64,000 bases of DNA from Camelus ferus (GCF_009834535.1 NC_045696.1:96040001-96104000), one strand, 5' to 3'. Counted from the first letter of the stretch, positions 39,501 to 52,717 are shown. Notes: generated by a model from the letters alone, not told the origin. Numbers and translations are program-made.

Positions 39501-40619
39501 CAAACAATATCACCATCGGCTGGGTCACAAATAATATGGCAAGAGTCATTTAATGGAACAGCACAACCTGGAGGTTAAATGAGGACATACAAGGAGTTGG
39601 GGGCGCAATCAGACCCAGACAGCTTCTTGAAACTAAGGCATGTTGGTGCTCCAGTGCAAGGAAAAGAGCGCCACATTCCTTCCTAGCCCAGAGCTGGGGA
39701 GAGCTCAGGACACTGGGTCACATCAAGCAGACAAGACATTAAGTGAACAGGTCACATACCATTGGAGGATAGACAGCTCCAACCCAGTAAATGCCCATGA
39801 AAGCAGAACATCAGTTTCACCACACATTCAATCAACCAAAATAGAACACAGATATTCATAGTGCCACCAGTGTTTGCATGCTAATGGGGAATTACTTAGA
39901 AAAAGGGAACTACATGCTGGGGAAAAAAACTCCTGTAACTCAGATCAATGACTCCCTTGTTTACTCATTTTCATAAATGGATTTTAAGTGACCTTTTGTC
40001 TGAGATATTAAAATTTTTCTGTTCAACTTGCGTTTTAGAAATAGAGATAAGGCAAAAAATTCTCAACCCTAATTGAAAAGGTATTTTACTCCACTAAGGA
40101 CTAGAAATCACAGGAATTTCCCAAGCAAGTAATACCTATTCTCGTCATGTTAGGGGTAGGTACATAATTCATTGCAAATATTCATTTGTCTTAGTGGTTC
40201 ATTCTCTCACCTGCTACCCCAATCTTCTCCCTGCTCATAAAAATCAAGCTTTGTAAGCTATCTTACGGATCATTAACAGTTGCACACTCATAATTTCAGC
40301 AAATGAAATGGTCGACTTCCTCATCATTCAAATAAACAGAAATACCAGGTATTAAGTAATAAGCAGAGCATCCACTTTCCTGGACATGGTTTCCAGCCAA
40401 GGAACCAAATGACAGGGTTTAGGACACATTTACTAGCTCATTGTCCTACTAAGTTCATTTCTGTTGCTGAGATGTATATAAATTATACTCTCTGAGTCAA
40501 TGCATTAAAGATAATCGTTAAAACTCAAGATTTGTTTCAACAAGACTATTTTGCATACCTTTACCAAATAAGAACCAAATCATTTTGAAATACACTCAAA
40601 TTATACAATCCAGAAAATT

Positions 40620-41425
40620 ACAGAAGGGAGAACTTTAAATAGCTAGTAAAGTTATAAAACACACCTAAACTCACAGGAAATCAGAAAACGCAAATTACAG
40701 CGTCATCACACAATACCATTTCACCTGCTCTGAATGAGGACATTAAAGTCTGATAATATCAAGGGTTGGTGAGGATGTGAAGAAAGGAAAACAACTCATT
40801 TACAACTGATGGGAATCACAACCACTTTAGAAATCAAATTCGCGATCAAATCCACATTTCCACTTCCAACTCCAGACCCTAAAACTCCGCATGTGCAGAA
40901 GAGATGTACAAAAACGTTTACTCTAGCATGGTTAACAGTAATCAAAAATGGGAAATAACTTAAATGACCATCAACAGAACAGATAAATATTAATACTCGT
41001 AATGGAATAGCAATCCAACCAGGACAACAAAATAAAATTAGGTGTAACAAAGTAGATATGATTCAAAATTAGTCAAAATTAAAAAGTCACAAAACAATAT
41101 AAGTGTAAGACTATCATATAAAGTTTCAGATCTGAAAGTAATACTGTATCATGTTTATGTCAATGGATGCAAAAATATGTAGTAAAAATATAAAAACGTT
41201 CGTAAGGAAAAAAACCCCCACAACATTCATCGTAAGGATTACCTCTTTAGAGGAAAGAAAGGAAATGAGAGGAGACCACGGGCCTCATTCATGTCTGTAC
41301 TGTTTTATTTTTTTTAAATGTGCTAGAACAAATGTGGCAGAACACTTATTATTTAATAAAACTAGGTGGTAAGTATGTGTTTGTGATATTATTTTCTATT
41401 CTTGTATGTTTGAAATACACTGCTA
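40620..41425 (+). mobile_element. Ancient L1 (L1M) ORF2 end / 3' UTR fragment
   Basis: ataccatttcacc, aagggttggtgaggatgtgaagaaa, gagatgtacaaaaacgtt...tagca. Confidence 0.7.
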
Positions 41426-43518
41426 AAGAGTGAGTTCCAAGGCCATACCATATCCGCCGGGTAGAACGATTACCAGACAAAAGGGTTGGCTGCTCAACTG
41501 AAATGGGCTTCATCAATCCAGGAGGCGTGCTTCCAGGATGCTAGATTCACCCGTGCCGAGGAGCTAACAACCTCGGAAGGCTCTGACTCAGTGTTCTCTC
41601 ACCAAGTCACCTAAGTCCTTTATTTGGATGCACAGTGAAGGCACCTGCTCCAGGGTTTGATAACCCAGTGTTCTTACCAGAAACCACAAGCTGTAACTGA
41701 GCACATCATTTCTGTCTCTGTCAGCAAGCTTCCTCTTCAATGCCATGAAAACCCTGATGATTCATCGTCTGTAGCCTACAACCGATTGCTTTCTTACAAA
41801 TTTATCTCAATCAAGTTAAGCGAACATATTCTATGAATGGCTCAGGGAGATTCTGCCCAGGGCTAGGAACCACTCAGAGAAATTCAAAACTGAATTCAAC
41901 AGTAGCAGTCTGAAAGTGGGTTAGTAATAAGTCAAATTATACCTTGTGATAAAAAGGTAGATGGGAAGAAATAAACATACTTCTAGGAAGGTAAATTTTA
42001 CTTAGGCTTAACTTACTTTTAAAAGGGAGCTGAATTTATTCTAGTAGAATGGTTATTCGACTTCTAGTAAATTATTTTTTCTTGATATGGATTTGAAACA
42101 GTGGTACGACTATTTTTGTTCATCCCCAAGAAGTGCTAAAATCCCACACAGGTTTTAACTGGCTCTCAATATGCTGCTTTCTTAAGCAAAATCAAGGCTT
42201 TTAAAATATTTTAATCAAATCCTCATCATTCCTGTGTAAGAAACAACTTAGACCCATCTTTCCTGACACCCAGGGAGTATGAGCAACCGACTCTCCCTGA
42301 GGGGTCAGGGAGAGGCAAGCACGTAGTCACTGCTGTCTGTATTCCCTTGCACTTCAAACTAGACTCCTCTCTCCTGTCCCTCTTATAACACAGGTTTAAA
42401 AAAAGGAAGCATTTTTAAGACTGCATAACTATCCCTACTGCTCTCACCCCCCCAAAATCACTGCGTGGACTGAAGGCAGAAGTGCCCCGGAGTTTTACAG
42501 TGAAGGTATGGCTAGAAAGTTACTCAAGATACAAAGAGTATTTTTTAAAGCATTAGAATTTCTTGCTAATTTGAACGTCAGTGGTTTGTCACAGAGCAGG
42601 ATAAACGGGAAGACTGGCTACTTCCTTGGAGGATAGTAGGGTTGTTGTGAGAGCTAAGATCATCAACACGGCCAAGTGTTTTGAGGCGTTCTGGCAGAAG
42701 TAAGTGCCGTAACAGGGGCTAGCAGCACCACCATCACCACCATCGTGCCTTTTTTTTTTTTTTTTTTTTTTTAAGAAAAATTGGAAAACACAAGAAGCAT
42801 AGAGAAACTAGAAGAAAAAAGTCACACTCTCACCTCCCTCTTTTTATTGTATATGTACAGATTCGTGGGTTTTATGAGTCTATACTAAGTTTTGGGTGAC
42901 TTTCACCAATGTTTTGTTGAATAATCACTGCCATCTAAAAAGTTAAAGAAAAGTGGGTTACAGGGCATAAAAAGAGAAATAATATAAATCGAGAACTAAA
43001 GCTATCCATATACTGACTATTATATGTAGTGTATCCTGTGTTTTCTGTAGCACCTATTAAGTCCGCACTAGACTCAGAGTCTGTGCAGAGAAAACCCAAG
43101 AAACATCAGGGCTTCTGAGATACCACCTCCAAGCCAGAAATCAAATACTAATCCATGAAAGCAGAACTAAAAGGAGAACAGAAAAGGGAGATAATTATAA
43201 CAGGGAATGAGTGCTCAGAGCAGGTCACTTCAGGGATAAAAGTTCTACAGCCTCTAACTGACTAGAAAAGCACTAGCTCTTCTTTTCGTTTTAGGCTTAC
43301 TTTGAATGAACCTAAGACATTTCAAGTTATTTGGTCACTGGCAACAGTAAACTGCCAGGGAGGAAAAGTGTTTATAAACCCGTACAGGAGAGACATACCT
43401 GCACTCACACAAGTCCACGGGGATGCGCACCAGGCAGGACACGTCACACACCCCCACGCATCCCCAGCTACAGGGACCAGGGAAACGCGCAGGACCACGC
43501 TGCTGGGGGTGGACAAAC

Positions 43519-43730
43519 CTGCTGGAAAGGTCGCGCCTGGGCTTGCCTGAGGAGCCGCTGCTGCTGCTGCTGCTGCAGAAGCTTCATCTGTATCAGTTGC
43601 TGCTGGGACGTGATGGCATGAAGGGAGGGCGGCTGCATCATGGCCCCCGAGCGCCGCTGCAGCATGTTGGACAGAGCTTGCTTGGTATTGGTGGGGACAA
43701 AGGAGCCTGCCGGGTCCAGTCTGGAGCCAC
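43519..43730 (-). CDS. MED12L: MED12L exon (212 nt): GSRLDPAGSFVPTNTKQALSNMLQRR...ARPFQQ
   Basis: Acceptor ctttggtag, donor gtttgt; phase 1/0; conserved KQALSNML motif. Confidence 0.93.
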
Positions 43731-45021
43731 CTACCAAAGCAACCAGAAGGAGGAGCTTTCTGTGCATGTTAACGCAACAGGTTTGCCTTATTTTATCAAA
43801 ACATGGGTATCTCACTTTCTAAGCCTCACTTTAGGAGCATGATGGGAAGGAAGGCACTGCCTCACCCTCTGCAAATATTGAAGATCTGTTAAGAGTTGCA
43901 GCAAATCCTAAGGCTGAGGAGGGTGCTGTTCAGTGGGTGATAATATTTGAATGGCTTCACAGAGGACCCACTTCGGTTGATAAAGTGAAACGTCTGAGAA
44001 GCAGAGTTGTTGGCACAATTTCAGAATCGTGTGGGTTTTAAATGATGCAAGGCTCTCAGGAACAAGCACATCACTTGCACAAAATGTATTTCCTTCCTGG
44101 TGTATTTTGCCAAGTGTCCTAAGCCAGGCATAGAGACCCTTTTGTAATTGTAAACCCTTTTCAAGTTCATAGTATTTAAGCTTCTTTACCATGGCAAAAT
44201 TAATATGCCTGTTCTGTGGCAGAAAGGCATGAAAATACTTAAAAAACTTGAAATGCTTGGAAACTTCAAATGTCATGATTCTAAAGACAAAAAACATCTT
44301 TTTTGAAGGCTGTAAGTCAAATAAACAAGAGACGTTAATTATAGTGATGCTTAAAAAAATGAAAATATTACCATATTTGCCTACATAATGTGTCAAATGA
44401 CTTTAAGAGGGAAAAAAAATTTCAAAATGTGCTGGCTTCAAATTAGGTGCCAATCCTTCACCAGATAGTTTATATCCCTCAAATGTATGTGAGTAAGAAA
44501 ACCCCTATATAAATACCTTACAAATGTTACATCATTTTTTAAAGCAAGTTGAACGATGGAAACATTTTAATGCTGTTCACTGGAAGTCTACCTTCTTTAA
44601 AGGCTCAGTATCACAATCGGCAATATGATTTACGAAGTCATTCAGTGGCATTTGAAGAACATTTGGGAGAGGGTAAGAGGTCAGTTTGAGTAATATGAGT
44701 AACTTTTGTTGAAGAATTGGAAATATACTAATGCATCAAAACATTGTTGACTCATTTTATAAGGGAGATTGTTTTTGAAAATTAGGCGATGGCCTACATT
44801 TTTTTAATTTTCCTAACTTTTCTATAATCTTATACTTCTAAATCAACTAAAGAAATAAAATAGAATAAACATGTTGGAGCTCTCTGTATATTTTTACCTC
44901 ATTAATTTTTTCCCTTTCTCTCACCAAATGGTGTTTATTATGCACATATACTTCCTTATAACTTTACGATACTTGTGTGTATACATGAGAAAAAGAAAGA
45001 TGCTTAAGCTGTAGGTGTAGA

Positions 45022-45042
45022 TGTGTTTGTGTGTATGTATGT

Positions 45043-45074
<32 letters not shown>
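45022..45074. repeat. (TG)n microsatellite with imperfect 5' part
   Basis: tgtgtttgtgtgtatgtatgtgtgtat followed by a pure (GT)n run. Confidence 0.9.
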
Positions 45075-45077
<3 letters not shown>

Positions 45078-45504
45078 GGCACTGTTTTGCATTTTTAACT
45101 ACATATAATGGAAGCACACTGTACATATTCTTCCTCAACTCCATAGCATTCATAATTTTATGAAAATCTATTAATCCACACATGTAAAATCCTCATAATT
45201 GTTTTCTTCCATTTTTTGGTTACATGTCATGATACCTAAGACTTATCTAATATCTAAAGTTGCTCAACTTACAAACACCTTTTATAGTATTCTATGGGGG
45301 AAAGGGTATATGCCTTTGTAAAATATTTAGCTTTCAATTTATAGACATTCTTTGTGTTTGATTTCAATATCTACAAGGTATAAAAATGGTAAAATAAAAA
45401 AAAAATGTACAAGGCCCTGGGAATTAACGAGAAAGTCAAAAGAGAGGACGAGCATACATTATTTTCCACATTTACCACTGTCTGGTTTGCTCTTGGTAGT
45501 CTAT

Positions 45505-45870
45505 GCTCATTTCTTCAACAACTTATTTTTAAGAGCCCACCACAAGCCAGATGCTGTTCTAAGTTCTGGGCATAGAGGAGTGAACTTAACAGCAAAAATA
45601 CCTGCCCTCATGGAGCTTGCTTTCTGGAGAAGGCAGAATAAACCAGGAGGTAAGTCAAATGTCTCAGTCTATAAAATGTGCTGATGCTGATACGAAGAAA
45701 CTCAAAAGACGAGGAGGGGAACAGAGCAGGCAGGGAAAGGGTGGGTTTGCAACTTAAAGCAGGCCTCCTCAAACCTGAAGGAGGCAGGCAGTGAGCGTAG
45801 ATACTGTGAGGAAGAGCACTCCAGGCAGGGCCAGCAGGTGCTAAAGCCCTGAGGTAGGCACATGTTAAGA
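45505..45870 (-). mobile_element. L2 fragment
   Basis: tcttcaacaacttattt...ctgttctaagttctgggcataga...cctgccctcatggagctt...ctaaagccctgagg. Confidence 0.75.
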
Positions 45871-46064
45871 TCATTTACTGAATATGAATATATCTGCTGT
45901 GTCAGGCTGTCTTCTAGATGCTATATTTTTAAAAATTTACTTTAAATTATATATATGCATGTATGTGCAATATAAACCTTATTTCATCCTTAAGAAGAGA
46001 ATGGGCATTTTGATCCATTTTGTTTACTGTAAAATCCTAACAACCAGACGAGGGTCTGGTCCAT

Positions 46065-46260
46065 TGTGACGCTCAGTACATTTCACTGAATGCATACCGG
46101 AACCACCCACACCATGAGGTGCAAGTTAGCACATCTGCTTTACAGATGCTCAAGCTGAGGCACAGAGAAAGTAAGATTTGGTGGAGACGATACAGCAAGA
46201 GAGCGGGAGAGCCAGACCCGAACAGAACTGACTCCCAGACCAGCCCTCTTAACCGCTCAT
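46065..46260 (-). mobile_element. MIR SINE
   Basis: ctttacagatg...gctgaggcacagagaaagtaag...ctgactccc. Confidence 0.65.
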
Positions 46261-47010
46261 TTAGAGGACAAGATACAGATTCCGCACTACTGTAAACCAA
46301 GAATCAAACATGTTCTTCAGGCTTCAAAACATCACACTCATAATAAAAATCACAGTAAAACACACAATACAGTAAGGAAAAGTATTATTTGTTCGAATGG
46401 CACATCCTAACAAAATGCAGACTGAGATCTCAAAATCAACTGTTTTGTAAAAACAGTCAAACTTTCATTCAGAAAAAAATGAAATTCACTGCTAATTAAG
46501 AGATTTCTAAAAAAATTTCAAAGCAGTACTAACATTTACTGTGGATACGGCTGCTTTTCTTATTGACATCTAAATCTATTTGTTGAACCAAATTTCTGAG
46601 ATCCTTCACGGTATAAGCAATTCAAAATTCATCACATGAGGAAACAATAAAAGACACTGCAATATTGTCTAATCTTTTAAAGCGCTGATGAGAATTACAT
46701 CTGATAAAAGTGTACATGAATTTCACAACCTAAAACTTCTAGTGATTTTATATTTTGTAACTTAGATTTTTCATCAATGGCTAATTTCCTTCCAACACCG
46801 GATGAAAATTCCAAAGTCAGTACCTCAACTCGTAACTTGAAACCTTATTTTAGAAGAGGAAGAAAGCATCTTGAGCAGCGAGAATTCCAGAAATGTGCAC
46901 TGAGTTCTAGAAATCAGGCAAGTTTTGTGGAGGTTTCAGTTTAATAGCAAAGAGAACCCCAGGCTATCTCTGATCTCAGAGACACCTGACTTCGCTCTCT
47001 CTTCACATAC

Positions 47011-47167
47011 CTGGAGTAAGAGACTGGTTCTGAAGGAAAAAGCCGGGCTGCTGGGGCTGCCCCATGAGGCTGTAGCCCCACAAGGCGGACTGTGGGTGGT
47101 GCACCATCTGGGAGGAGACAGGTGAGTAATTGGGAGGCACTCGGTATATGCTGCTCTGCGGGTACTC
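47011..47167 (-). CDS. MED12L: MED12L exon (157 nt): EYPQSSIYRVPPNYSP...FFLQNQSLTP(G)
   Basis: Acceptor atgttgaag, donor gtatgt; phase 0/1; open frame translated by hand. Confidence 0.9.
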
Positions 47168-47357
47168 CTTCAACATGAAGTTAAAAAAAAAAAAAGTGAC
47201 TTAACTCCACACACCACGTATGTAATTAATGCAAACTCTTCTGATCACATTATCTGAGGGAGCCCCTACCCCAGTGGACAAGGCTATTTCGACAAAGGGG
47301 AAAACAGAAGGCAAGAGTCTCAATATATTCTCTGCAAAACACTCATTTAAGTTAAAA

Positions 47358-47406
47358 CCTGGACTTAAAATCTACTTGGCTTCCTGGACTTAAAATCTAC
47401 TTGGCT
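47358..47406. repeat. Tandem duplication, 24-bp unit x2 (period 25)
   Basis: cctggacttaaaatctacttggct at 47358-47381 and 47383-47406. Confidence 0.95.
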
Positions 47407-49018
47407 ACAGTGGGGGGAAGATGGAAAGGGATCTTTCCTGAACATTGTTTTTAAAATACTAAAAGCACATTTAGAATACCCGTATTGACCATCACCCACA
47501 GCTGCAAAAGCATCTTCGGTTGCTGAGACCCCTGATCACTTCATCTTGGAAGGCTTTCCTGATACCTTGGACCTGGATAAGAATTATGCCAGAAAGGCCC
47601 ACGATTCTTTAAAGCCAGTCTCTGGTCTTAGTTGCAGTTTTCCAGATGGCTCTCTAAAGCAGACACCTCTCGGTGCAGTCCCCCTCCGCCCCTCACCACA
47701 CCGCTTGCCCAGGGCTTTCTCTTCCTTACAGCAGCTGCAAAGTCTCTAAGGATCACCCCCAAAGACCTCAATTCCCTACTCAAGTCCCTCCTGCTCTCGT
47801 CTAGTCCTGAAGGATGAAGGAAAAATAAAATCTCAGTTCTCTGTAATACAGCCCATTGGAAAGAGGCAGCTTCAGGAGAAGTGTGGGAGAAAGGGACAGG
47901 ACCAGGACCCACGTGGGGAGTGAGAGGAGTTTTAGGTCTTTCAAAGCATCTTTAAAGAACAGAAACCCATCCATGTGAACATGCAGGCTAGGAGACCCAG
48001 ATGTGGGGGAGTGGCAGTCTGATCTTACCAAGCATCTTTTTCAAGACACAGAACTAATGGCAGGAAGGCTATACAAGAAGGGGGCACTGATGTTCCAGTG
48101 GCACCCAAAAGTGATGGTCGTCATTTCTAGAATAATATTAATCACCAAGCTACCAGCTAGGAAAAGATGTTTTGGTTTTGACATAGGTGAACGATAATTA
48201 GTCATGATGTTTGAACACCAAATTATGAATATTTTTTCCTCTGTATAACAAGAATACTCTTGAGTTTTATAGAAAAATGTCTCAAATTCCCTCTTGAGTA
48301 TTTTTGAGGTGAATTTAATTGGGAAGATATTTTACACATTAGTTCTATAAAATTATTTTTAAATTACCATCTCATGGATTTCTGTTGTTTTCAGAAAATG
48401 TTGCTCTAGGTAGGGAAGGCTAACAGGAAAACAAAAATAAAACTATTTTAAATTATGTTTATTTTATATCATATAATTTCTGAAAATATGTGGTAAAGAA
48501 ACAGAATATACAGGAGAGTAAGAGGAATGGTAAACTATGAAATCTCAGAAACATCCTACTGGATGTATTAGATGCAGTTTCATCTAAGGAAAGCAAACAG
48601 AGTTTTTACGTTAATTCACTACAGGTATCAACTGTTCAAAATACAAAAAAAAATATTTTAGACATGCCTCATAATAAAAATAGGTAAGAGGAAGAGATGT
48701 TATAGGCGAAAAAAATTCAAGTTTCAAATCTGAGAAATTGTGAGGCACTGATAAATGAATATTAGTCACAATCAAAGCCTAAAATAAAACAAAGTTATAA
48801 AAAGTAGAGGAGGAAAAATCAAAAGCTAGGATTCTGTCGTCTGTGGCAAGTCACCATTTGTGTGCCACTCCATCAGTTACCCCTGAGCCTTGTCAGGGTA
48901 ACTGTTACAAACGGGCTTATACTAATCTTGGGAATGTTTCTAGGGATAGAATTCAGGAACTAGTAAACCTTCTACGAGATGCTAACATGCCAGAGATCTC
49001 TCTGCTTCCCCTACTCAC

Positions 49019-49381
49019 ATCAGCTCGCGAGCTGGGTTTCGTCTTGCGCTTCCTTCCCTTTGTTTTCTTCTCTTCATCGGCTGTGGTTTTTCCCTGATCT
49101 GACAGCTCAGCTGATTTCCTCTCGGGTTCCTGAGAGATGGGAGATGTGGGCTCTTCCTCCTCCTCTTCGGGAGGCAGGGGCAGCGGCTCGAGGTAGTAAC
49201 TCCGGGGCTTGGGCATGGGGTGTGTGTGATACAGGAGGAGGTGATGCTGTTCCTCGTACTTGACCACCTTTCGGTCCACTCGGACGGTCCCGAACCAGGC
49301 CCAGGACAGAGGAGCAGGGTTCTTCTGACCCTCAAACAAATCCCATGGGGACACTTTCTGCTTCGTAGAGACCTGGAGACC
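49019..49381 (-). CDS. MED12L: MED12L exon (363 nt): [18 protein letters not shown]...[14 protein letters not shown]
   Basis: Acceptor ttaccacag, donor gtgagt; conserved MED12-family SPWDLFEG and APLSWAWFG motifs. Confidence 0.96.
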
Positions 49382-51176
49382 CTGTGGTAAAATGACACGC
49401 CATGACCACATGCTCCGATCTTTCCCTGATTCAGAGGCCAGGCTTGCTTAAGACATGGATCCAGAGGACATTCTGGCTGGCGGGGGCCTCAGAGAACCGA
49501 GCACACGGCAGACGGGCTTGCTAATGAGTCTGGGCTGACACGGGATCACTGCGAGCAGCAGCTAGAATCTGGACCTTTAAGTCTGGTTTTATGGTTCTTT
49601 ATACCACATGACACTCTGTTCAGGCTGGAACACCAGATAGTCCAGCGTATTTTTCTGTAGGTGGCATTTTTTTTTATTCAGTTTTTTTTTAATTCTAAAA
49701 AAATACTGCTAAATACTTCTAAAAAATTACTGTAGTAAACTATAAACCTTTGGAATCTATTTATTGCTTTTAAGATAAAACTTAGGAGTCAAGTTATATT
49801 CAGCCTCTAATTGGGATCAAATTAACTTCAAACACGTGTGGACTTGATTCAGGCACCTTTCATGTACTTGATCAGGCAGTCTCTAAACAGTTCAGTAATA
49901 TTATTGTAGAATTAACCTGCACCAACAGGTACAAATAAAGTCCTTCAATTCAAGCTTATCTCTGCTGAGGTTAGAAGACAAAGCGCTATTCTGTTTCTGA
50001 AAATAAAAGCTTCTTATTTTTGGCATTAATTGGTGCTGTCCCTTGGTACTTACCCTGGTATACCAATTTGAAAATATTTTTCTTCAAAGTGACCCCACAA
50101 GTAACTGCTCAAGGCATTCCACATCAATGTTCCTACTCCTACTATAGGTCCTCTTCCACGGGTGGCCTCATCCAACACCAACACTCAGTTACCTAATATC
50201 TGCCTTGACATTAGACCAAGAGCACATATACAAATGGCTTCTAGATGTGTCACCACTGGAGAGCCCACCAGCACGGCAAACTCAACTTACCCGTGACTCC
50301 AGCTTTTCCTCCCTCTACAGCCGTGCAGGCATCAGCACTCAGGGCACCCCGTTACTGCAGAACCACTTTCCTCCCAAGAGCATAAACGCTTCCCTGTGCC
50401 TGTGCCACCCCGTGCCCTACCTCCTGGCTAACTCTTAATCCTCCAGAATGATTCAAGTGTCAGTTTTCTTGAGGAACCCGCTCTGACTACCTACCGCTCA
50501 CCTGTGTGTGCGGGCCCCCTCTCTGGGTCCCCGCACGCTCTGTTCCACGACATACAAATCTCACCAGGCTGTAACTGTCCGCTCCCCGCTAAGGGTAGGA
50601 ACCCTTTCCGCTCTGTGATTTCAGTGATCTATGGTTGCTCCATGTTCACGGAAAGAATAACTGACCCCTCTTCTCATATTTTAGAGAAACTTGCCTAATA
50701 TCTTATATACACAAGTGTTCATTAAACATTGTTAAATTAGTAAGAAAATAAAGTGTTGTCACTATAAAATATTTTGTTGACTCAAAATAGCTTACTACAT
50801 GAAGACTATCATCAATAAAATTTTTATCATCTACTAAAGGTATTCTGTTTCCAATTCTGCAGTAAAATCAAACCTGACCTTTCCTATTTTTTCTTTTTTT
50901 TTTTACACTAAGCTTTCACTTAGTTTTCCCTTGATGGGCTTCAGAAATTCACTTAAATTCAGAACAGTTTTAAATGAAGATCTTCAAAGATTTGGCCTGT
51001 CTGTATGATAATGTCAAGAACCACTGCATTTAAATGACAAGACTATGTTTTAAAAAATTAAGAAACAATAAAATTAACATGTTTTACATGCCCTCTAGGA
51101 AGACAAGAAAATGTAGTTTGCTTTTGTAAGTTCATATATTTATATATATACATGAGAAACAAACATTTACTCTTGC

Positions 51177-51338
51177 CTGTTTTTTATCTATAGAGTCGAA
51201 TCCAGCAATTTTGTTTCCCTTTGTGTCAATCAAGGAACCCATAGGTTCACAGGTGATGACATCACATGTCTGTTTTGGCAAAGGTAGCAACTGTCGAACT
51301 TTGTCAATACTTTCTGATCGTTTGTCTCCCAGCTCTTT
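51177..51338 (-). CDS. MED12L: MED12L exon (162 nt): [23 protein letters not shown]...[11 protein letters not shown] donor
   Basis: Acceptor poly-T+ag; ends CAG|gcaaga; alternative in-frame GT 6 nt further on. Confidence 0.92.
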
Positions 51339-51399
51339 CTAAAAAAAAAAAAAAAAAAAAAAGAGAGAGAGAGAGAAGTGGGCCAGAAGTGACAATGAA

Positions 51400-51614
51400 G
51401 GCAAAAGCTAAGAAGAAGGAAGTTCCTCTATGAAACATTTCCGTTTTTACAGCTGGAATGTTCTTTAACCTTGAATTTGGTCTATGGGGCAGCTCTCATT
51501 GAGAGTAGTATGTTTCATTTCTCTTATTTAAGTAGAAAATAGAACACATATACAGGCACCCTCGTTACACAATAAACATCGCTGTGCTGAAACGATAAAA
51601 ATCCAGAGTAGTAT
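51400..51614 (+). promoter_or_regulatory. Candidate P2RY12 proximal promoter
   Basis: ETS-like cores (gaaggaagtt 51415-51424; catttccg ~51435-51442) and GATAA at 51594-51598, ~20-25 nt upstream of the putative exon; no CpG island. Confidence 0.4.
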
Positions 51615-51678
51615 TTGCAATCAGAAGGCAGGAGCTGCAGCTCGGAACACGTCCTCCAATCCAGGGTCAGACCACAAG
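51615..51678 (+). other. P2RY12: Probable non-coding exon 1 of P2RY12 (nested, antisense to MED12L); coding exon lies beyond the window
   Basis: caatcagaaggcaggagctgcag...ccagggtcagaccacaag|gtaacc closely resembles the recalled 5' end of human P2RY12 mRNA and ends in a donor AAG|GTAACC; P2RY12 is known to be nested antisense in MED12L. Start coordinate approximate. Confidence 0.75.
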
Positions 51679-52152
51679 GTAACCACTGGCTATTTTGTTA
51701 GTAAAGTTGTTGGACATGCTGATTTTTTTTTTTCCGCAATTGTTTGTTTACAGTTTATTTCAAAGATTGTGTTAGTGCCTAGTTAAATGAATTGAATTTA
51801 GAAATATCAGTGCAAATGTTTATTTTTCAACTGCATGCTGCCAGTCGAAGGTCAAATTATTCCTCAATCTAATGTTGGCATTTTGGTTACATACTTGATA
51901 CCGGATTTCTGAAGTTCCTTAAAAAATTAAATGTTTTATGAGTATGATTTTTTATGAAAAATCTTCAAGCTACATATACTTACAACTTTTGGGTACTGGG
52001 AAGCCAAGGTAAAGCCAATAGAAAAATAGTCACATTACATTAAGTTGAATGCAATAAGTAACATCTAATTTAAGGAGTAATAAAATAACATGCACTAAAT
52101 AATAAATCCACAAATAATATGAGCTCATAATACAGGCAGGCCACAAACTTAC

Positions 52153-52288
52153 TTTTAGTTTCTTTACTAAGTTCATGTATGCACGTTTGTTCTCTTCAGA
52201 ACCCCCTGGGGATGCATTTGATAGGTCAGAGGCCAGTGTTCCATTGATTAAAACACCCAGCATGTCAAGAACTGTTGTGAATAATTCA
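52153..52288 (-). CDS. MED12L: MED12L exon (136 nt): [18 protein letters not shown]...YMNLVKKLK
   Basis: Acceptor cctcttag, donor gtaagt; phase 2/0. Confidence 0.95.
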
Positions 52289-52424
52289 CTAAGAGGAGAA
52301 AGAAAATGTTTTCACCTTAAAGCAAAACCAAGACATTCTTAACTAACTGAACTTTTTAATTTAAGGTATAGAATTTTTTTTAAGTTTTCTTTTTTTTTAA
52401 ATGTATTTATTTTAAAATACAGTA

Positions 52425-52586
52425 TTTTTTAAATTGAAGTATAGTTGCCGTACAATATTATATGTTACAGGTACACAAATAGTGATTCACAAATTTTTAA
52501 AGGTTATACTCCGTTTATAGTTATTATAAAATATTGGCTATACTCCCCATGTTGTACAATACATCCTTGTAGCTTATTTTATACCT
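52425..52586 (-). mobile_element. Truncated L1 3' end
   Basis: ttttttaaattgaagtatagttg...tacaatatta...aaggttatactcc...tttatagttattataaaatattggctata. Confidence 0.8.
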
Positions 52587-52717
52587 GACAGTTAAGGCAC
52601 AGGATTTTTTTTTAAGGTACCCAAGAAAATAAGGTGTGGAAGACTTTGTAGTCAGTGTATCAAAGCTTCCACCATGCACGCATGCAGTAAAGTCCACGTG
52701 AAGTGGTAAGAACATAC

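Noticed and set aside
43908..44396. 162-aa minus-strand ORF in AT-rich intron
   Set aside because: No domain-like content, and it is not needed for MED12L phase continuity
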